A stretch of 64,000 bases of DNA from the human T2T-CHM13v2.0 reference genome, Homo sapiens. Of this stretch, positions 1 to 14,579 are shown in pieces (the first letter of the stretch is position 1; the number at the start of each line of letters is the position of its first letter). The DNA lies in assembly GCF_009914755.1 (NCBI RefSeq), contig NC_060942.1; one strand, written 5' to 3'. The notes below the pieces were generated by a model. That model was not told the DNA's origin. It did no database searches and saw only the letters and a program-made list of their open reading frames with translations. A program made the translations under genes and the position numbers.

Positions 1-99
1 GTTGAGGCTCCCAATCTAAACTGGCTAAAGGACACTGGCTCGGTGTATCCCAACCTAAACAGGTCTGTAACTTGAGACTTATTTAAAACTAACAGCGAG

Positions 100-500
100 G
101 GGCAAAAGTGATATTCTGTGACTTTGGAAGTCAGGTGACAACAAATGTTGTACCTTGTGCTTTTTCTGGTGGACATAAGAAATCTCACTATTCTGGGGCT
201 ACCATGCTAGAAAGACAAAATTGGTACTCTGGTAAACAACTCAGCACGGGTCCTAGCCAATGGCCAGCATCCACTGTAAACCTTGTGAGTGCACCATCTT
301 GGATGTCCAACCCAGCGAAGCCTTCAGATGACAGTGGCCTCTACCAGTATCTAATGCTAACTGTCTGAGAAACCAAAAAGGAAGAACTTCCAAGATAATA
401 AGTCTTTCTCAAAGTCCTAATCTGTATTCATGATTAAAATAAAGTGTTTTTGTAAGTCTCTAAGTTTGGGGATAATTTTTAATGCAGTAACTATCATCAG
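100..500 (+). mobile_element. MLT1 (MLT1G/H-like) MaLR LTR relic
   Basis: Motifs 'gtgagtgcaccatcttggatgtccaacccagcgaagccttcagatgac' and 3' 'aagtctctaagtttggggataattttta' resemble MLT1H/G consensus; boundaries approximate. Confidence 0.7.
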
Positions 501-670
501 AACAAACAAATATAAACTTAAAATAAATCTTTATACCTCTATATAAAATTTCAGACTATGTACATCTTCGCAAATACACTGAAATATATTATTTCTACCC
601 CTCCTCACTTTTTAAACTCAAGTGGCTTAACACATAACTCTTGCTGGACTAGACCTTAAAGAATATTGAT

Positions 671-980
<310 letters not shown>

Positions 981-2842
981 AAGAATATTTATTTTACTTA
1001 CTAGCTCAGCTTCATCAAATAATTGATCAACTTCTGATAATCCCTCCAAGGACAAGTGCTGTCACTTAGTGACATAGTTTTGCCATCTTTGGGTGACTCT
1101 CAGTTTCTTCAAAAGTTCTTAGTTTTTATATTGAGCTCCATGTAGCTCTGATCCATTGGCCTTGGTTTTACTGCTCAATTACTTTAAAAAATATACCACC
1201 TCATTTGTGTCTAAAATTCAAATTGTTACTGTGACATTTCTCAAAATCATGAGGATATATAAGAGAAATAGAAAGCTTTGTGGGTAAAGCTATAAATAAA
1301 CTCACCTTCTGTGATTGTAGTTGCTTGCTAACCTATAGTTGTTTTTATTACCGTCCTTGCAACCCAAGTATAAACTAAAGGATCGAAATGCAATATGACT
1401 CAACCAAGAAATATCAAATGGAAATATTTATAAATTAAAAAGAAACACACACATACAAACAAAAAAGTAATTCACCAGTTGGTTTCAAAATAGGAGTTCA
1501 TTGAACATTAATTATTTGCTAGAGTTATGTATGCTTCTTTTATTAAGATTTATCTCAAATTGCTATTTAAAAACCTGCCAGAATCAACTATGAAGTGCAT
1601 GAATGTGTGAAGGTGACAAAAGTGTGTGTTTTTTTTTTAAATCGTTCCAATGTATAAAACTCCTAAAAATCGCTTTCAGTTAGTGCCTTTTGGAAAATAA
1701 GTTAGAAAAACAAGATCAACTAATTTACCATAATTTGAAGAGTGTGCTGACAGGACCATAAATGTTAGTAAAAATTCATATGCATACATGAGAATACAAA
1801 CCTGGATTTAATTATTTCATACTAAAAGAAGAGATGCACAATTTTATTTATGAAGTTCATATATGAACCCAATGTACTTTTGATAACTCTAAAAGCACTT
1901 CATATTGTACTTCCGCAATAATAAGTGCTTAACTACAGAATTTGTAATGACAGTTGGCTAAATGGAAAGTCTCATTGAAGATTACTATTTTCGATCTTCC
2001 CTTTTCTGCTCTTCCACGCTTCCCCACCCTGAGATTCCGGTTCATGAGTTCTGAGCTTGGCCCAGGAATCACTATGTCTAGGGAGCACAGTCTGTGATTC
2101 CACTGCCAGTGCTACTCTGGTCACCATTTGAGAAAAGACCATAATATATACAGGCAGAATAATTTTCCAAGTCACTTAGTGAGTTTCTTGTTTTTTGGTG
2201 GTCAATTTCCAATTTCTAAACCAAAAACCATTATACGTCCTAGTCTTTGTAATGCCACCATTTTTTAAATTAACAATGATAATCATTACTAATTTGAGTG
2301 ATCTAATTAATCATAAAATGCTGAAAGAAATCTCAGATATGCAGATGTAATTGGGGTAAGGGTTCATATTGCTTATCTAATAAAAAAAACCCTATAGCTT
2401 TTATTTTTTTAAAAAACTTTAAATTTTTGGAATGTTTTTAGATTTACACAAAAATTATAAAAATAGTACACAGTGTTCTGACAATACCTCAACCCAGTTT
2501 CTTCTATTATCAACATCTTACATTAGTATGGTACATTTGTCACAAACAATGAACCAATGTTAATACATTATTATTAACTAAAGCTCACACTTTATTCATG
2601 TTCTCTGTTTTTGCCTAATGTTGTATTTCTGTTCCAGGATCCTATCCAGGATATGACATTAACTTTAGTTGTCATGTCTTCTTAGGCTTTTTTTGGCAAT
2701 CATAGTTTCTCAGACTTTTTGTTGTTTTTGATGACTTTGAAAGTTTTGAGGAGTATAGGACAGGTAAATTATAGGATGCTCTCTCTTGGAATTTGTCTGA
2801 TGACTTTCACATGATCAGATTTGGGATACCCATTTTTGGTAG

Positions 2843-3183
2843 TGATATGGTTTGGCTGTGTCTCCCCCCAAATCTCATTTTGAATTCCCACATATTGTGG
2901 AAGGGACCCAGTGGCAGGTAATTGAATCATGGGGCAAGTCTTTCCCATGCTGTTCTCGTGATTGAGAGTAAGCCTCACAAGATCTGATGGTTTAAAAAGA
3001 GGAGTTCCCGTGCACAAGCTCTCTCTCTTTGCCTGTTGCCATCCATGTAAGACATGACATGCTCCTCCTTGCCTTCCACCATGATTGTGAGGCTTCACCA
3101 GCCATGTGGAACTGTAAGTCCAATTAAACCTTTTTCCTGTATTAATTACCCAGTCTCAGGTATGTCTTTATCAGACTAATACA
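2843..3183 (+). mobile_element. THE1 (B/C-like) solo LTR
   Basis: Starts tgatatggtttggctgtgtc and ends actaataca; perfect 5-bp TSD GGTAG (2838-2842 / 3184-3188). Confidence 0.95.
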
Positions 3184-5027
3184 GGTAGGAAGAGCACAGA
3201 GAAAAAGTGCCATCCTCATCACATCTCATCAAGGATACATACTATCAAAATGACTTGTCACTGTGGATGTAATCCTTGATCACCTCACGGAGACAGTGTT
3301 TGTCAGATTTCTCCACTGGAAAGCTACTCTTTTTGATCCTTTCCATGCTGTATGTATTCTTCAGAAGGGAGCCGTTCTATGCAGCCCACTCTTCAGAAGT
3401 GCAGCATTATGCTCCATCTCCTCGGGAGCAGGGTATCTACGGAAATCACTTGGAATTTTTATGTCCAGGAGATTTGTCCATTTCCTCTTAGTTAATATTT
3501 AATGATTTATATCAACATAGGTTCATGGTTTTAAAATATATTTTGGGTTATAATCCAACCTTACTTTATTCATTTTGTTCAAATGACTCTTGCCACTGTG
3601 ATCATTTGACACGTCTCCATCTCTGTGAATTGTTGGAGGTTTTGTTTTGGTTTTTGAGCACTTTACTTTCTGGCACTACGGGGTGTTCTAGGTTCATCAT
3701 CTATATTTCCTGCCCCAGTCTTGGAATCAGTCATTTCTCCAAGAAACTAGTTCCTCTCATCAGAGGAAGGTTTTAGAAACTAAGATCTTGGCACTAGATG
3801 TGCTGTTTGCTGGTGGAGTGTCACATCTTTTAGGTCCTCTCTGGTGATAAAACAAAGAAATGTATATGTGTATAATTTATGTATAGGCACCGTCTACAAA
3901 TATTTCTATATGGGACCATTTTTATCTACACTAAACTAAGCATACACTAATACTGATGTCTCCAATTCTAATCTACTATGACATGGATCTTCTATCTGCT
4001 ACTCTTTGCTTAACTGTAAATTCCCTCTCTAACAGTAAGAAACCTTGCTCCCACCATCTGCCATCCACTTAGTTGTTCAAGTCCAGCATACATATACATA
4101 ACATACATGTATATAACATACATGTTTCAGAATTGTTAACCTATACCCCCATGGGAAACCATTTTATCAACTAGAGTATAGAATTTATGTACAGTTCTTT
4201 TTGCCATTAGTTAGTCTTACAGACTCCACTCATTTCCAAGGTCAGCATTTTTTACTACAGCTCCCTTCAGTGTGGTTCCTTCATACATTTGTAATACAAT
4301 TAGATTCTCTTGTTGCATTCTGCATTCCTTCCTGGGATCCCCCCCAACTCTACCCCGGCCTCCTAAATGATCTTTTAAAATTTGCATACATTAAGTTTCC
4401 TCTGATTTCTGTAAGTTCTGTGGCTTTTGATAAATGCATAGTAGCATGTACCCATGATTACAGTATCATAAAGAATAGTTTCATCATGGTAAAAATACTT
4501 TCTATGCTTTACCTATTCAATCACCCTTGTCCTCTGTTCTCCAAGAAGCCCTGGGAAAAATTGAACTGTAACTGTCTCCATATTTCTGCTTTCTCCAGAA
4601 CATCATATAAACTGAGTCATACAATAGGTGGCCTTTTCAGATAAGCTCAGTAAAAGATTTAGCAATATGCATTTAAGGTTCACATATATGTTTGGGTGGC
4701 TTGATAATTCATTATTTTTGTTGCTGAATGGCATTCCATTGCATTGGCATACCATAGCTTGTTTATCAGTTCATCTATTAAAGGACATTTTGGTTGATGG
4801 AATCTGGTGGTTAAATACCAAGGTACATGGTTGCTAGATTATATGTTGAAGCTATATTTGGCTTTGTATGAAACTGCTAAATTGGCTTCTAAAGTAGTTG
4901 TAATGCTTTGCATTCCCACTACTTCTTATTGCTCCACGTCCTTACCATCAATTACTATTATCAATATATTTTATTTTATTTTTTAGACATTGTAAAATAA
5001 CTATACTGTGGTATCTCATTGTTATTA

Positions 5028-5300
5028 TTATTTTTTTTTTGAGATGGAGTCTTGCTCTGCCACCCAGGCTGGAATACAGTGGCGCAATCTCGGCTCACTG
5101 CAACCTCTGCCTCCTGGGTTCAAGAAATCCTCCTGCCTCAGCCAAGTGTGTGCCACCATGCTTGGCTAATTTTTGTATTTTTAGTGGAGATGAGGTTTCG
5201 CCATGTTGGCAAGCTGGTCTCAAACTCCTGACCTCAAGTGATCCACCTGCCTCGGCCTCCCAAAGTGCTGGGATTACAGGCCTGAGCCACCACACTGGGC
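5028..5300 (-). mobile_element. Alu (AluS-type) with ~25 bp internal deletion
   Basis: Alu dimer lacking the 'tcccgagtagctgggattacagg' segment near 5143; TSD tctcattgttatt on both sides. Confidence 0.93.
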
Positions 5301-6739
5301 CTCTCATTGTTATTTTAATTAACATTTTCCTAATGACAAAAGATGTTGAGCATCTTTTCATGTGCTTTTTCTAAGGCTCCTTGTTAAACTTACACAAAAA
5401 CAAAGGGCAAAACTTTTGCTATAATTCTGTAGAAGTTTGAGGACTTTTCAACATCTCTCATGGGAGCACTTACCTGTCCTATCTTAAGGCCACTTGTGGC
5501 TTAGAGTGAAATTTCTTGACACTAAATTATTTGGTAAAAGATGCTCACTCTTCTAGTATAACCTGCAAAAGCAATTAAGAGTGATGAAAAATGTCACAAT
5601 TTAATAATAGGTCTGAAAATGATTTACTTATTTAGATAATACAAATATTTTGTTATATAAAGTAGCATCAATATATGCATATTCAAATAATTTTATGCAA
5701 ATTATTTTTTACACTTCTGATGATTTTTAATTCATTTATGAACAAGGAGCCTTAGAAAATCAGTTTCTTTTAATTGGAAGTGGTTCTTAAAATCTTTAGC
5801 ATTTCTAAAATTTGTTCATGATTAAAAATCCTAATTAAAGGAGCACAACTTCAACTCAGAACAAATTTAGGGTAATTCTTTTTTCTGTTTTGATTCATAA
5901 CAATCATTTTTAATTTATTCATTGGATTACTGTTTTCCAGATAGCAGTATTTTGATGACCCTTACACAATTTTTAGCTCTATGTATGTCTCATCTATCCA
6001 TTTGTTTACTGCACATTTTGTTACATTTTATTAAAATGAGTATATTAAAATAACTTTATATCACTGCCATGCATTTAAAAACATCTCACTTGACATAAGT
6101 AGAAAGTAACTATAAAGGTAAATATAATTACAATTAAGTTTTTATGTAAGTAATGCTAAATCTAATCAATTTGCAAAATTGCATACCTAAAATAACATTA
6201 CTCAATGAGAAAAATGATAATTTTTTGATTAATTCAACAATAAAATCACATTTGGTTGGCATGACGTGAAGATGTAGTTCCTGGAAAAAACATTTTTGCT
6301 TTTTTAGAGTTTTTATGTTAACTAAAGAATCAAAACTTTAAGTATTGGATCATAAAGGGTAATAAACAATTACTTAGTCTCTGATACATTAAGATACTGA
6401 TGATCAATTCCTTAAAAATATGCTACCTTTGCCCTCACATGATAAGAAAAAGTTGCTTATCTACTACTCACCAGTGTCTTCTGAGTTGGAAAATGTTATG
6501 AAGACCTTTTTTTTTTCAAATCTTTCCAGTCCCTTTTTATAAGAATCCAAATGATTTTAAAGCAAATTCTTCAAAACAGTTTATAAACAGCCGGAACAAC
6601 CAAAAGACTCCAACTCAGGCTGATCAGAGATGTATGTATACTCCAAAGTATGTGATTATATCATATTGGCTTTATACAGAGACAAACTTGACTTCTAAGA
6701 AAACATACCCAATAGTTAGTGAGATCCCTAATATTCTGG

Positions 6740-7075
6740 TTCTCAGGATTTTTTCACATGGAGTAGGCTTCAACCTCCCTTGAAGTTAAGCCACGTGACT
6801 TGTTTTGGTGAGTGAAATGACGTGGGTTACTCCCGTACTGAAACTATTAAGAGCCAGGGCACAATTCCTTACACTTTCCTTCCTTTCCCCTGGCAATTGG
6901 CAATGTTCTGATGGTGGCAATCTGGCATGGCATGTGGGGTTCTAAAATGAAGGCCACCATTGTGGAGCAGAGCCCTGGTCAAACTAAGAAGGTCATATAT
7001 CATGTTTTCCAAGTCAAAGACAACTGAGAATTGCTTACTGGCAAAGCTTAACATAGCCCATTCTGACTAATGCAC
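6740..7075 (+). mobile_element. MLT1 (I/J-like) LTR relic
   Basis: 'cctcccttgaagttaagccacgtgacttgttttgg', 'gtggagcagagccctg', and end 'aacatagcccattctgactaatgca'. Confidence 0.7.
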
Positions 7076-8614
7076 ACACATTGAGATTTCTCAAATGAGC
7101 AGATATATTTGCAAAATTTAATTTGCAAATTTGTGCTCATAAATATTACTGATTAAATATTTCTTTCAGAGGAATATGAAGTTTGCATTATCTAACGTAA
7201 CACTGAAGACTTTCTGAGTGAAAAGTCAACGTGCTTCAGTCTGGAATAGTAGTTATTTGTAAACATTCTCCATCTCTTCACAAAGCTGAGCATAGTTAAG
7301 TATTTAGAGGTCTTCCCTTGATATAAATGATCATTTTAACAGATTTAAAAATACTTCTCCTGAAAACATTGTGCATACCAAATGGGATAAAAACTTCCTT
7401 ATGTTTTCAACCCAGAATATATTTTTCTTCTGTTGTAACAGCTTAAATGCCTGAAACAGGTTTTCTTAGCATACCAGAGGTGTTCTTAGTGTCAGTGCTT
7501 AACCCAGTATATCATTTTTAGTCTGTGTTACTATTTGAGATGAAGCTGTCAATTCAAAATCTATTCTATAGTCATAGATATTTTCAATGTTTGCCTAAAA
7601 ATTGTCTTCATATAATTCTTTATTCATTCATATTTGAAAAACAACTATTAATAAATATTACTTTGCCATACTTAAGAAAGTAGTCATTTCTTTGGTTTCT
7701 GTCAATATCTGTAACACTAAAATAAGCTCACCTTTTTGGATGAAATAATTTTATTAATCATTTTATTTTTTCTGTGTCCAAATATAATTTTTATCATTTT
7801 ATTTCATAGCAAGTTTACTAAAGATTCTGTCAATATTACAGATTTTCTAGTTTGTATGTTTTAAAGTGACACTATATGTATGTATTCTAATGATTTTTGC
7901 ATTTGTTCCTTATTGGGGAAAACTTATTCAGATAATTGAATTTTTTTACACTTCATTCCAAATATTTTGATAGATTTTCCTTAGTATTTTGGGTACTTGA
8001 AAATTGTACTTGAGATGGATTCGTTTAATTTGTGTTTCTAAATACATGATTCAAAACAGAATGCAGTAAATCACATTGCTAGATCATAAAAGTAAGAAGC
8101 ATAAAATATTTCGATACATTTTAATGACATTTTAGTTTTATTTGTAGATGATAGCTATAAAAAACACAAAGTAACTGATTTACTTTGTCCTCATAACTCT
8201 TTGAAGATACATGACTGATTTAAACACCACCAGTATTACTACTCACATTTATTTCCATCACTCTCTTTGCCTTCATGCTTTAAAAACTCATTCTCTTTTA
8301 AGTCATTCATCCATGATGGGATTAACCAGCAGCAAAATAAAACACAAAACCAACAAAAATATCACTGATAAGTTTGATTCCAATTCACAATTATGCATAA
8401 TAAAAATATTTTTTATAATCAATGACTGTCAACCTCCAGAAATGACAAAGTGCAGCTGAAGAAAAATGCATCAATGTGGTTGCAAATTCAATATTTAATA
8501 ATCCTTAGTTGAAATCCACATTATTTAAACTTTGCATCCCTTTAAAAAACTATGGTGCATGTGTCAGTTTCTGTAGGTTTGAGGCATCGGGGGTAGGTTT
8601 GAAATTCCAGGATA

Positions 8615-9009
<395 letters not shown>

Positions 9010-9032
9010 TTATATTTGTTTCTAAAACATAT

Positions 9033-11311
9033 TGTTTTGTTGCTTTATAACAAGCCACTCCAAAACTTAGTATCTGAAAACAATCACCATTTAATTATTT
9101 TCAGAATCCTATGATTTGACTTAGCTGGATAGATCTTTTGCTTTTCTCAGTTAAAGCCTTTCATGCAGCAGCAGTTTTAGGTGATTGGGGCTGGAATGTC
9201 CATGATGGCTTCACCAACATGTCTGGTGACCTGATGTGGATGGTTCTGGAAAGCAGGGCTCACCTGTGGCAATGGTATGGCTTACCCCCTTGCAATGTAG
9301 TTTTGAGGCCTCTTCCTCTCCATGAGGTCTATGTAGTCTCCTGCATGGTCCTTTCAGCGAGGTAGCTTAATATCTTATGTGGTGGGTCAAGGCAGTCTTA
9401 TGTGGTGGTCTCATATAGTGGTTCAAGGTGAGCTACAAAAGACCAAAACCAGAAGATGCCAAGACTTTTTAATTTTAGGCCTGGAATTGACAAAACATTA
9501 CAAAGGTGAGACAGAAATGGCAACAATGCAATAGTAATAGTCAATTTATTTCAAAAGGGGAGTTGGAAAGGCATATAACAGGCACTGGTCCATAGCGATC
9601 CTTAATTCAGACAAATACATGTTGACACTTGCCCTAGTTCTGAGCAAGAAATACATGCCTTTGTAGACTCAGATCTGCACTCCATGAGTGATTCTCCTAA
9701 TTTCTTAGCTCTGTCTTCTAGACTTTTGGTTCTGATAACCGAGTGTATTCTTCCTTTTGAATGAGAAATGGCCTGCACTTACAGTGTAATGTTATTTCTC
9801 AGTATGCCTTCTGTCTTTGGAGATATAGGACTCTTTCTGAATGATCTGTGTATCCTTTAGTCTGAGTTAGTATGGGTCCTAAGTGAACTTTTAAAACTAT
9901 GTATTAAATTATAAATTATAAAAATATAAATATTCATTAAACAGAAGCCACAAGCACATATCTCTTCAATATCTCTTCAGTACAGGTCTGTCTTGACTTT
10001 GGGTCATGGATCAACTTAGTATGGAATGATATCCTTACAATATTCTTAAAAGCTCTCTTAGACATCTTACTACCTATCAGTGAGGGTGCATGAGGAATGG
10101 CCTTATGTTCATAGAAGGCATATATATATATGATGGTCTCCATACCTAGACTTAAAATTTTCTTACTTTTTAAAAAGAGTCTTACAGATGCAACCCAGGT
10201 CTTTACCTGAGGCCACATTTTACTAAAAATGTAATGTTTGCACTAAAGCCAATTATTATTTTGTGAGTCTTTTTCCAAAAGAGGATTAGTATGAGAAACA
10301 GTTGTATTTTCATATTTAACAAGTCCTGACTTCATTATATTCTCTCTAAATGCTGTTTGAAAACCAAGCAGTTACTTCTGTAGCTTATCTAACACCTCTC
10401 ATACTTTATCAAAGGTGGCCCAAGAAAGGCAATTGGCACATTCAGCTTTCTGCCTATATATCTCCTTAGATCAAATCAGAAGTTCCTTAGGTGTCTTTTC
10501 TATCTTCTACGTGATCTTGGAAGACGTTTTATTAGTTTTTTAACATCATATAACTTGGGTTCCCTTTTCTCCATCTGCCCATCATGATTTCCTGGCTGTC
10601 TTATCAGGCAGGCTTTATTAACAATACCCTCGGTGCTTCTAGTCTCTGCCTCCTACGTGTTAACAAAACTCATGCCACATTTTTTTTTTTTTGCCATGGC
10701 AGTATCTACTTTGGATACCAATTTCTGTTCTGAATATTTATTGCAGTGCAATAAACTGCCCCCAAAATATGTGTATTAAAGGATAATTTTGATATTTCTC
10801 ATGATTCAAGAATTGGCTGGTGCTCAGCTGGCTGGTACTTCTGCTGGTCTCACTTATAATCTGCTTTGTCATTGCAGTTAGATGGTGCTGAGGTTGAAAT
10901 CTTTTTTTGTTCTTGGAGATTTTTATTTGTGCCACTGGTGCCTGGGTAAGAATAGCTGAACCTCTGGGCTCAGCTGGGACACTGGGATGCTGGGGCTTTC
11001 TCTCTATTCATGTGGTCCCAAGGCTTCTCTCTTCACATGGCTTTCCATGTGGTTTATCCACATAGTCTTTGTAGCAGGGGAGCCATATTTCTCAGTCGGT
11101 AACTTAGAGCTCTCTAAATCACAGAAAGTAAAAAGGAGAGAGCTTTTTTAAAGATTAAGTCTGGAAATGGCACAGCATCACTGTGCCACATTCCATTGAT
11201 TAAAGTAGTCACAAGACTTGTCTAGATTCAAGGGGGTAAAGGACTAAATAATGACATGAATATAGAAAGAAATGATGCATTGTGGACTATTTTTGAAGTC
11301 CAGTTACCACA
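9033..11311 (-). mobile_element. MLT1 (J/K-like) element with LTR-internal-LTR structure
   Basis: Two related LTRs (~9033-9500 truncated; 10726-11311), MaLR junction 'ggataccaatttctg', and candidate 5-bp TSD CATAT/CATGT. Confidence 0.7.
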
Positions 11312-12373
11312 CATGTTAGTATAAATATTAGTTATTAGACAGTGTTATGCTATGTATTAGCTAAAATAATATTTTGTTCCATCAGTAGTGTGTGACTTGC
11401 TTTTTGGAAAACACTGGCTTAGGTGTGTTAACGTTGTGTCATACATTTCTCTAGAATCACCAAAGCAAACTTTACATATATGTTGCATTGTACAACATAG
11501 CATATATTTTTAAGCTACCATTGCAATGATTTCTCAGATATTCATAAATTGGTTTTCTCTTCTTTTTAGTTAATGTACCACAGACATTTCATATTCTAGT
11601 GAAAATAGTTTGCTGCCAGCAATGTCATAAAAAATGACTAAACAGATTGTCAGAGCCTTCTTCAGGAGAGTCCAGGGGCACTTAATAATCTAAGGAGATA
11701 GAAAAATGATGTTTATTGGATAAAAATAGAGTAGACAGTATGTAACAACCTTAATTTAAATATTTATAACAAAATAATATGCTTCATTACACAGCTACAC
11801 TATAGGTATAAAATTGCCTGAAGGCCATTAATTATGCTCCATAAAATAAAATATCATTTAAAAATAAGCTTTACAGAACATACAAATATGCCAGTTAATT
11901 TAATGTTAATATTTGTAACATGTCTTAAAAACACATAAATTTTCACCAAAAATACTTTTTTTTTTGTAAATAGAGATGCTAAGTAAACTATTACTCTTGC
12001 AAAATACAATCCTTTTGTTGATCTGCTATTGACATTATTGGCCACAGCATTTGAAGTTTCATGATAAATGTAAATTTAAATGTGGTATCAAGTGAGCAGG
12101 TTTTAGCTGACAACAAACACCAATACTATCTGCACTGTCTGGGAGCTGGGAGATAGACGCACTTAGCTTGCTGATGTTTTCACTGGTGCCTGAAATGGCT
12201 TGGGAGGCTGATGTTTGGCCTGTCACTGCTACTACCACTACCAATGCCACATATACCACCCAGGGTCCCAAGGGCCCAGCTGCCTGGAACACTGTTGCTA
12301 CTACTGGCATCTGAACATATCAATTAGAGGCCTGAGGATCAACCCAACAAGACTCGCTATTCCTGGTGCCAAG

Positions 12374-12620
12374 TTTCATTAACAATACCCTCAGTGCTTC
12401 TAGTCTCTGCCTGCTACTTGCTAACAAAACCCATACCACATCTTTTGCTATGGCAGTACCTACGTCTGATACTAATTTCTGTTCTGGTTATCTTTTGCAG
12501 TGCAATAAACTACCCCCAAACTAAGAGTATTTTAAAAAGTTGCTATTTCTCATGATTCAAGAGTTGACTGGTACTCACTCAGCTGGATGTCACTTTTGCT
12601 GGTCTCACAATCTGTTTTAT
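12374..12620 (+). repeat. ~250 bp diverged direct copy of 10614-10869 (MLT1 internal/LTR junction)
   Basis: Collinear match, e.g. 'attaacaataccctc(a/g)gtgcttctagtctctgcct' ... 'ttgcagtgcaataaact(a/g)cccccaaa' ... 'tatttctcatgattcaaga' ... 'tgctggtctcac'. Confidence 0.9.
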
Positions 12621-14205
12621 AACCAGAGGCCTGTAGATCTGCATGGTGTCCTGCCACCACACCACTACTGGTGCCTGAGGTTTGGCACACTTCATGTCCC
12701 TGTGGCCAAAAAAGCCTTACCACAACCTCCAGTAATATCTGTAGGCTAAGCCACTGAGAAACTTAAATATGCCACTGATGTTGATTATAGCCAAAGAAAT
12801 CATAGGGAGACTACACTACCGCACCAACCCCAAATCAAATGCAAAGCACTCTGTCCTACCAAGACTATAGATATAAATATATAAAAAAAGTATTTTCCAT
12901 GAAAACCAATTCATAAAATTGGAAGAAATGACTGTTACATCAGAAATGCAGATATCAGTGTAAGGACACAAGAAACATTAAAAAATAAGGAATCATGACA
13001 AAAACAAAAAAAAATCTTAAGGAATAGATCCCAAAGAAAGGAAAATCTATGAAATGCCTGAAGAAAGAATTCAAAATCATTATATTTTTAAAAATCAGTG
13101 AGATAAAGGAGAACAGAGATAAACAATACAAAGAAATCAGGGAAACAATTCATGATCTTAATAAGAAATTCAATAGAGATAGATATTATTTTAAAAAACA
13201 CAAGCAGAAATAAGAGAACTGAAGAATTCAATGTAGGGGATAAAAAACATAATTGAGAGCTTCAACAGTAGAATATCAAGCAGAAGAAAGAATTTCTGAA
13301 CCTGAAGGCAGGTCTTTTGAACTAACTCAGCCAGAAAAAGAAGTATAGTAAAGAATGAGGAAAGCCTATGTGACATATGAAACACCATAAAGCACTAAAT
13401 AATCAAATTTGGGGAATTCAGAAAGAAGAGATGGGCAAAGACATAGAAAAGTGATTCAATGAAATAATAGCTGAAAACTTCCCCAAGTCTTGCATGAGAC
13501 ACAGACATCCAGATACAGGAACTTCAAATACACCAAAATAGATTTAACCCAAAAAGGTCTTTTTCAATGCACATTATAGTCAAACTGCCAAAAATCAAAG
13601 ACAGAGAGACTTCTAAAAAGAGTTAGAGAAATGTGTCAAGTTACATGTAAGGGAAGCCCCATGAGACTAATAGCGGATTTCTCAGCAGAAAGCATACAGG
13701 CCAGGAGAGAATGTGATGATGATACATTCAAAGTGCTGAGAAAAAAAAAGAAAATCAAAAAACCTGCCCTGCTATTCCCAGCAAAAGTATACTTCAAAAT
13801 TAAAAGAAAAATAGCCTTTCCCAGACAATGACTAAGGGAATTTATCATCACTGGACTGGCCCTACAAGAAATACTTAAGGGCCTCCTGCATCTGGAAGTT
13901 AAAGGGAAATATTTACCATCATGAAAAGACATGAAAGTATAAAATGCCCTGATAAAGCATACTAACAAATGAGAAAGAAAGAAGTTCAAAATTATCACTA
14001 CAAGAGGGCAAGAAATCATAAAGATGAAAAGAAAGAAAAAAATATACAAAATTTCAAAAATTGACAAAATGACAGGAGTAAGTTCTCACCCATCAATAAA
14101 ATTCTTGAGTGTAAATGGTTTCTATACCTTGATTAAAAAAATTAACAATAGATTGTTTTAAAAGAACCAACTATGTGCTTCCTACAAAAATTTCACTTCA
14201 TCTGT

Positions 14206-14579
14206 TATATTATTCCATTCTCACACTGCTATAAAGAACTACCTGAGACTAGGTGATTATGAAGTGAGAGGTTTAATTGACTCATAGTTCTGCAGGCTTA
14301 ATAGGCAGCATGACTGGGAGGCCTCAGGAAACTTACAATCATGGTGGTATGCAAAGGGGAAGCAAGCACATCTTACCATGGTGGAGTGGGGTTGAGGGGG
14401 AAGTGCCACACACTTTTAAACCATCAGATCTCATGAGAACTCATTCACTATCATGAGAGCAGCATGGGGGAAATCCACCCCCATGATCTAATCACCTCCT
14501 ACCAGGGCCCCACCTTTAACACATGGGGATTACAATTCCACATGACATTTGAGTGGGGACATAGAGCCAAACCATATGA
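14206..14579 (-). mobile_element. MSTA-like solo LTR inserted in L1 ORF2
   Basis: MST text 'cacactgctataaagaactacctgagact...gaggcctcaggaaacttacaatcatgg'; TSD TCTGT/CCTGT. Confidence 0.92.

Larger units (their letters stand above)
2410..5370 (-). mobile_element. Old L1 3' region (L1MC-like), interrupted by a THE1 LTR and an Alu
   Basis: Typical L1MC 3'-end text ('acatcttacattagtatggtacatttgtcacaaacaatgaaccaatg', 'gatgttgagcatcttttcatgtgc'), collinear across both insertions. Confidence 0.8.

Noticed and set aside
1972-2175. GC-richer patch with a 67-aa minus-strand ORF
   Set aside because: No recognisable protein and only weak splice signals.
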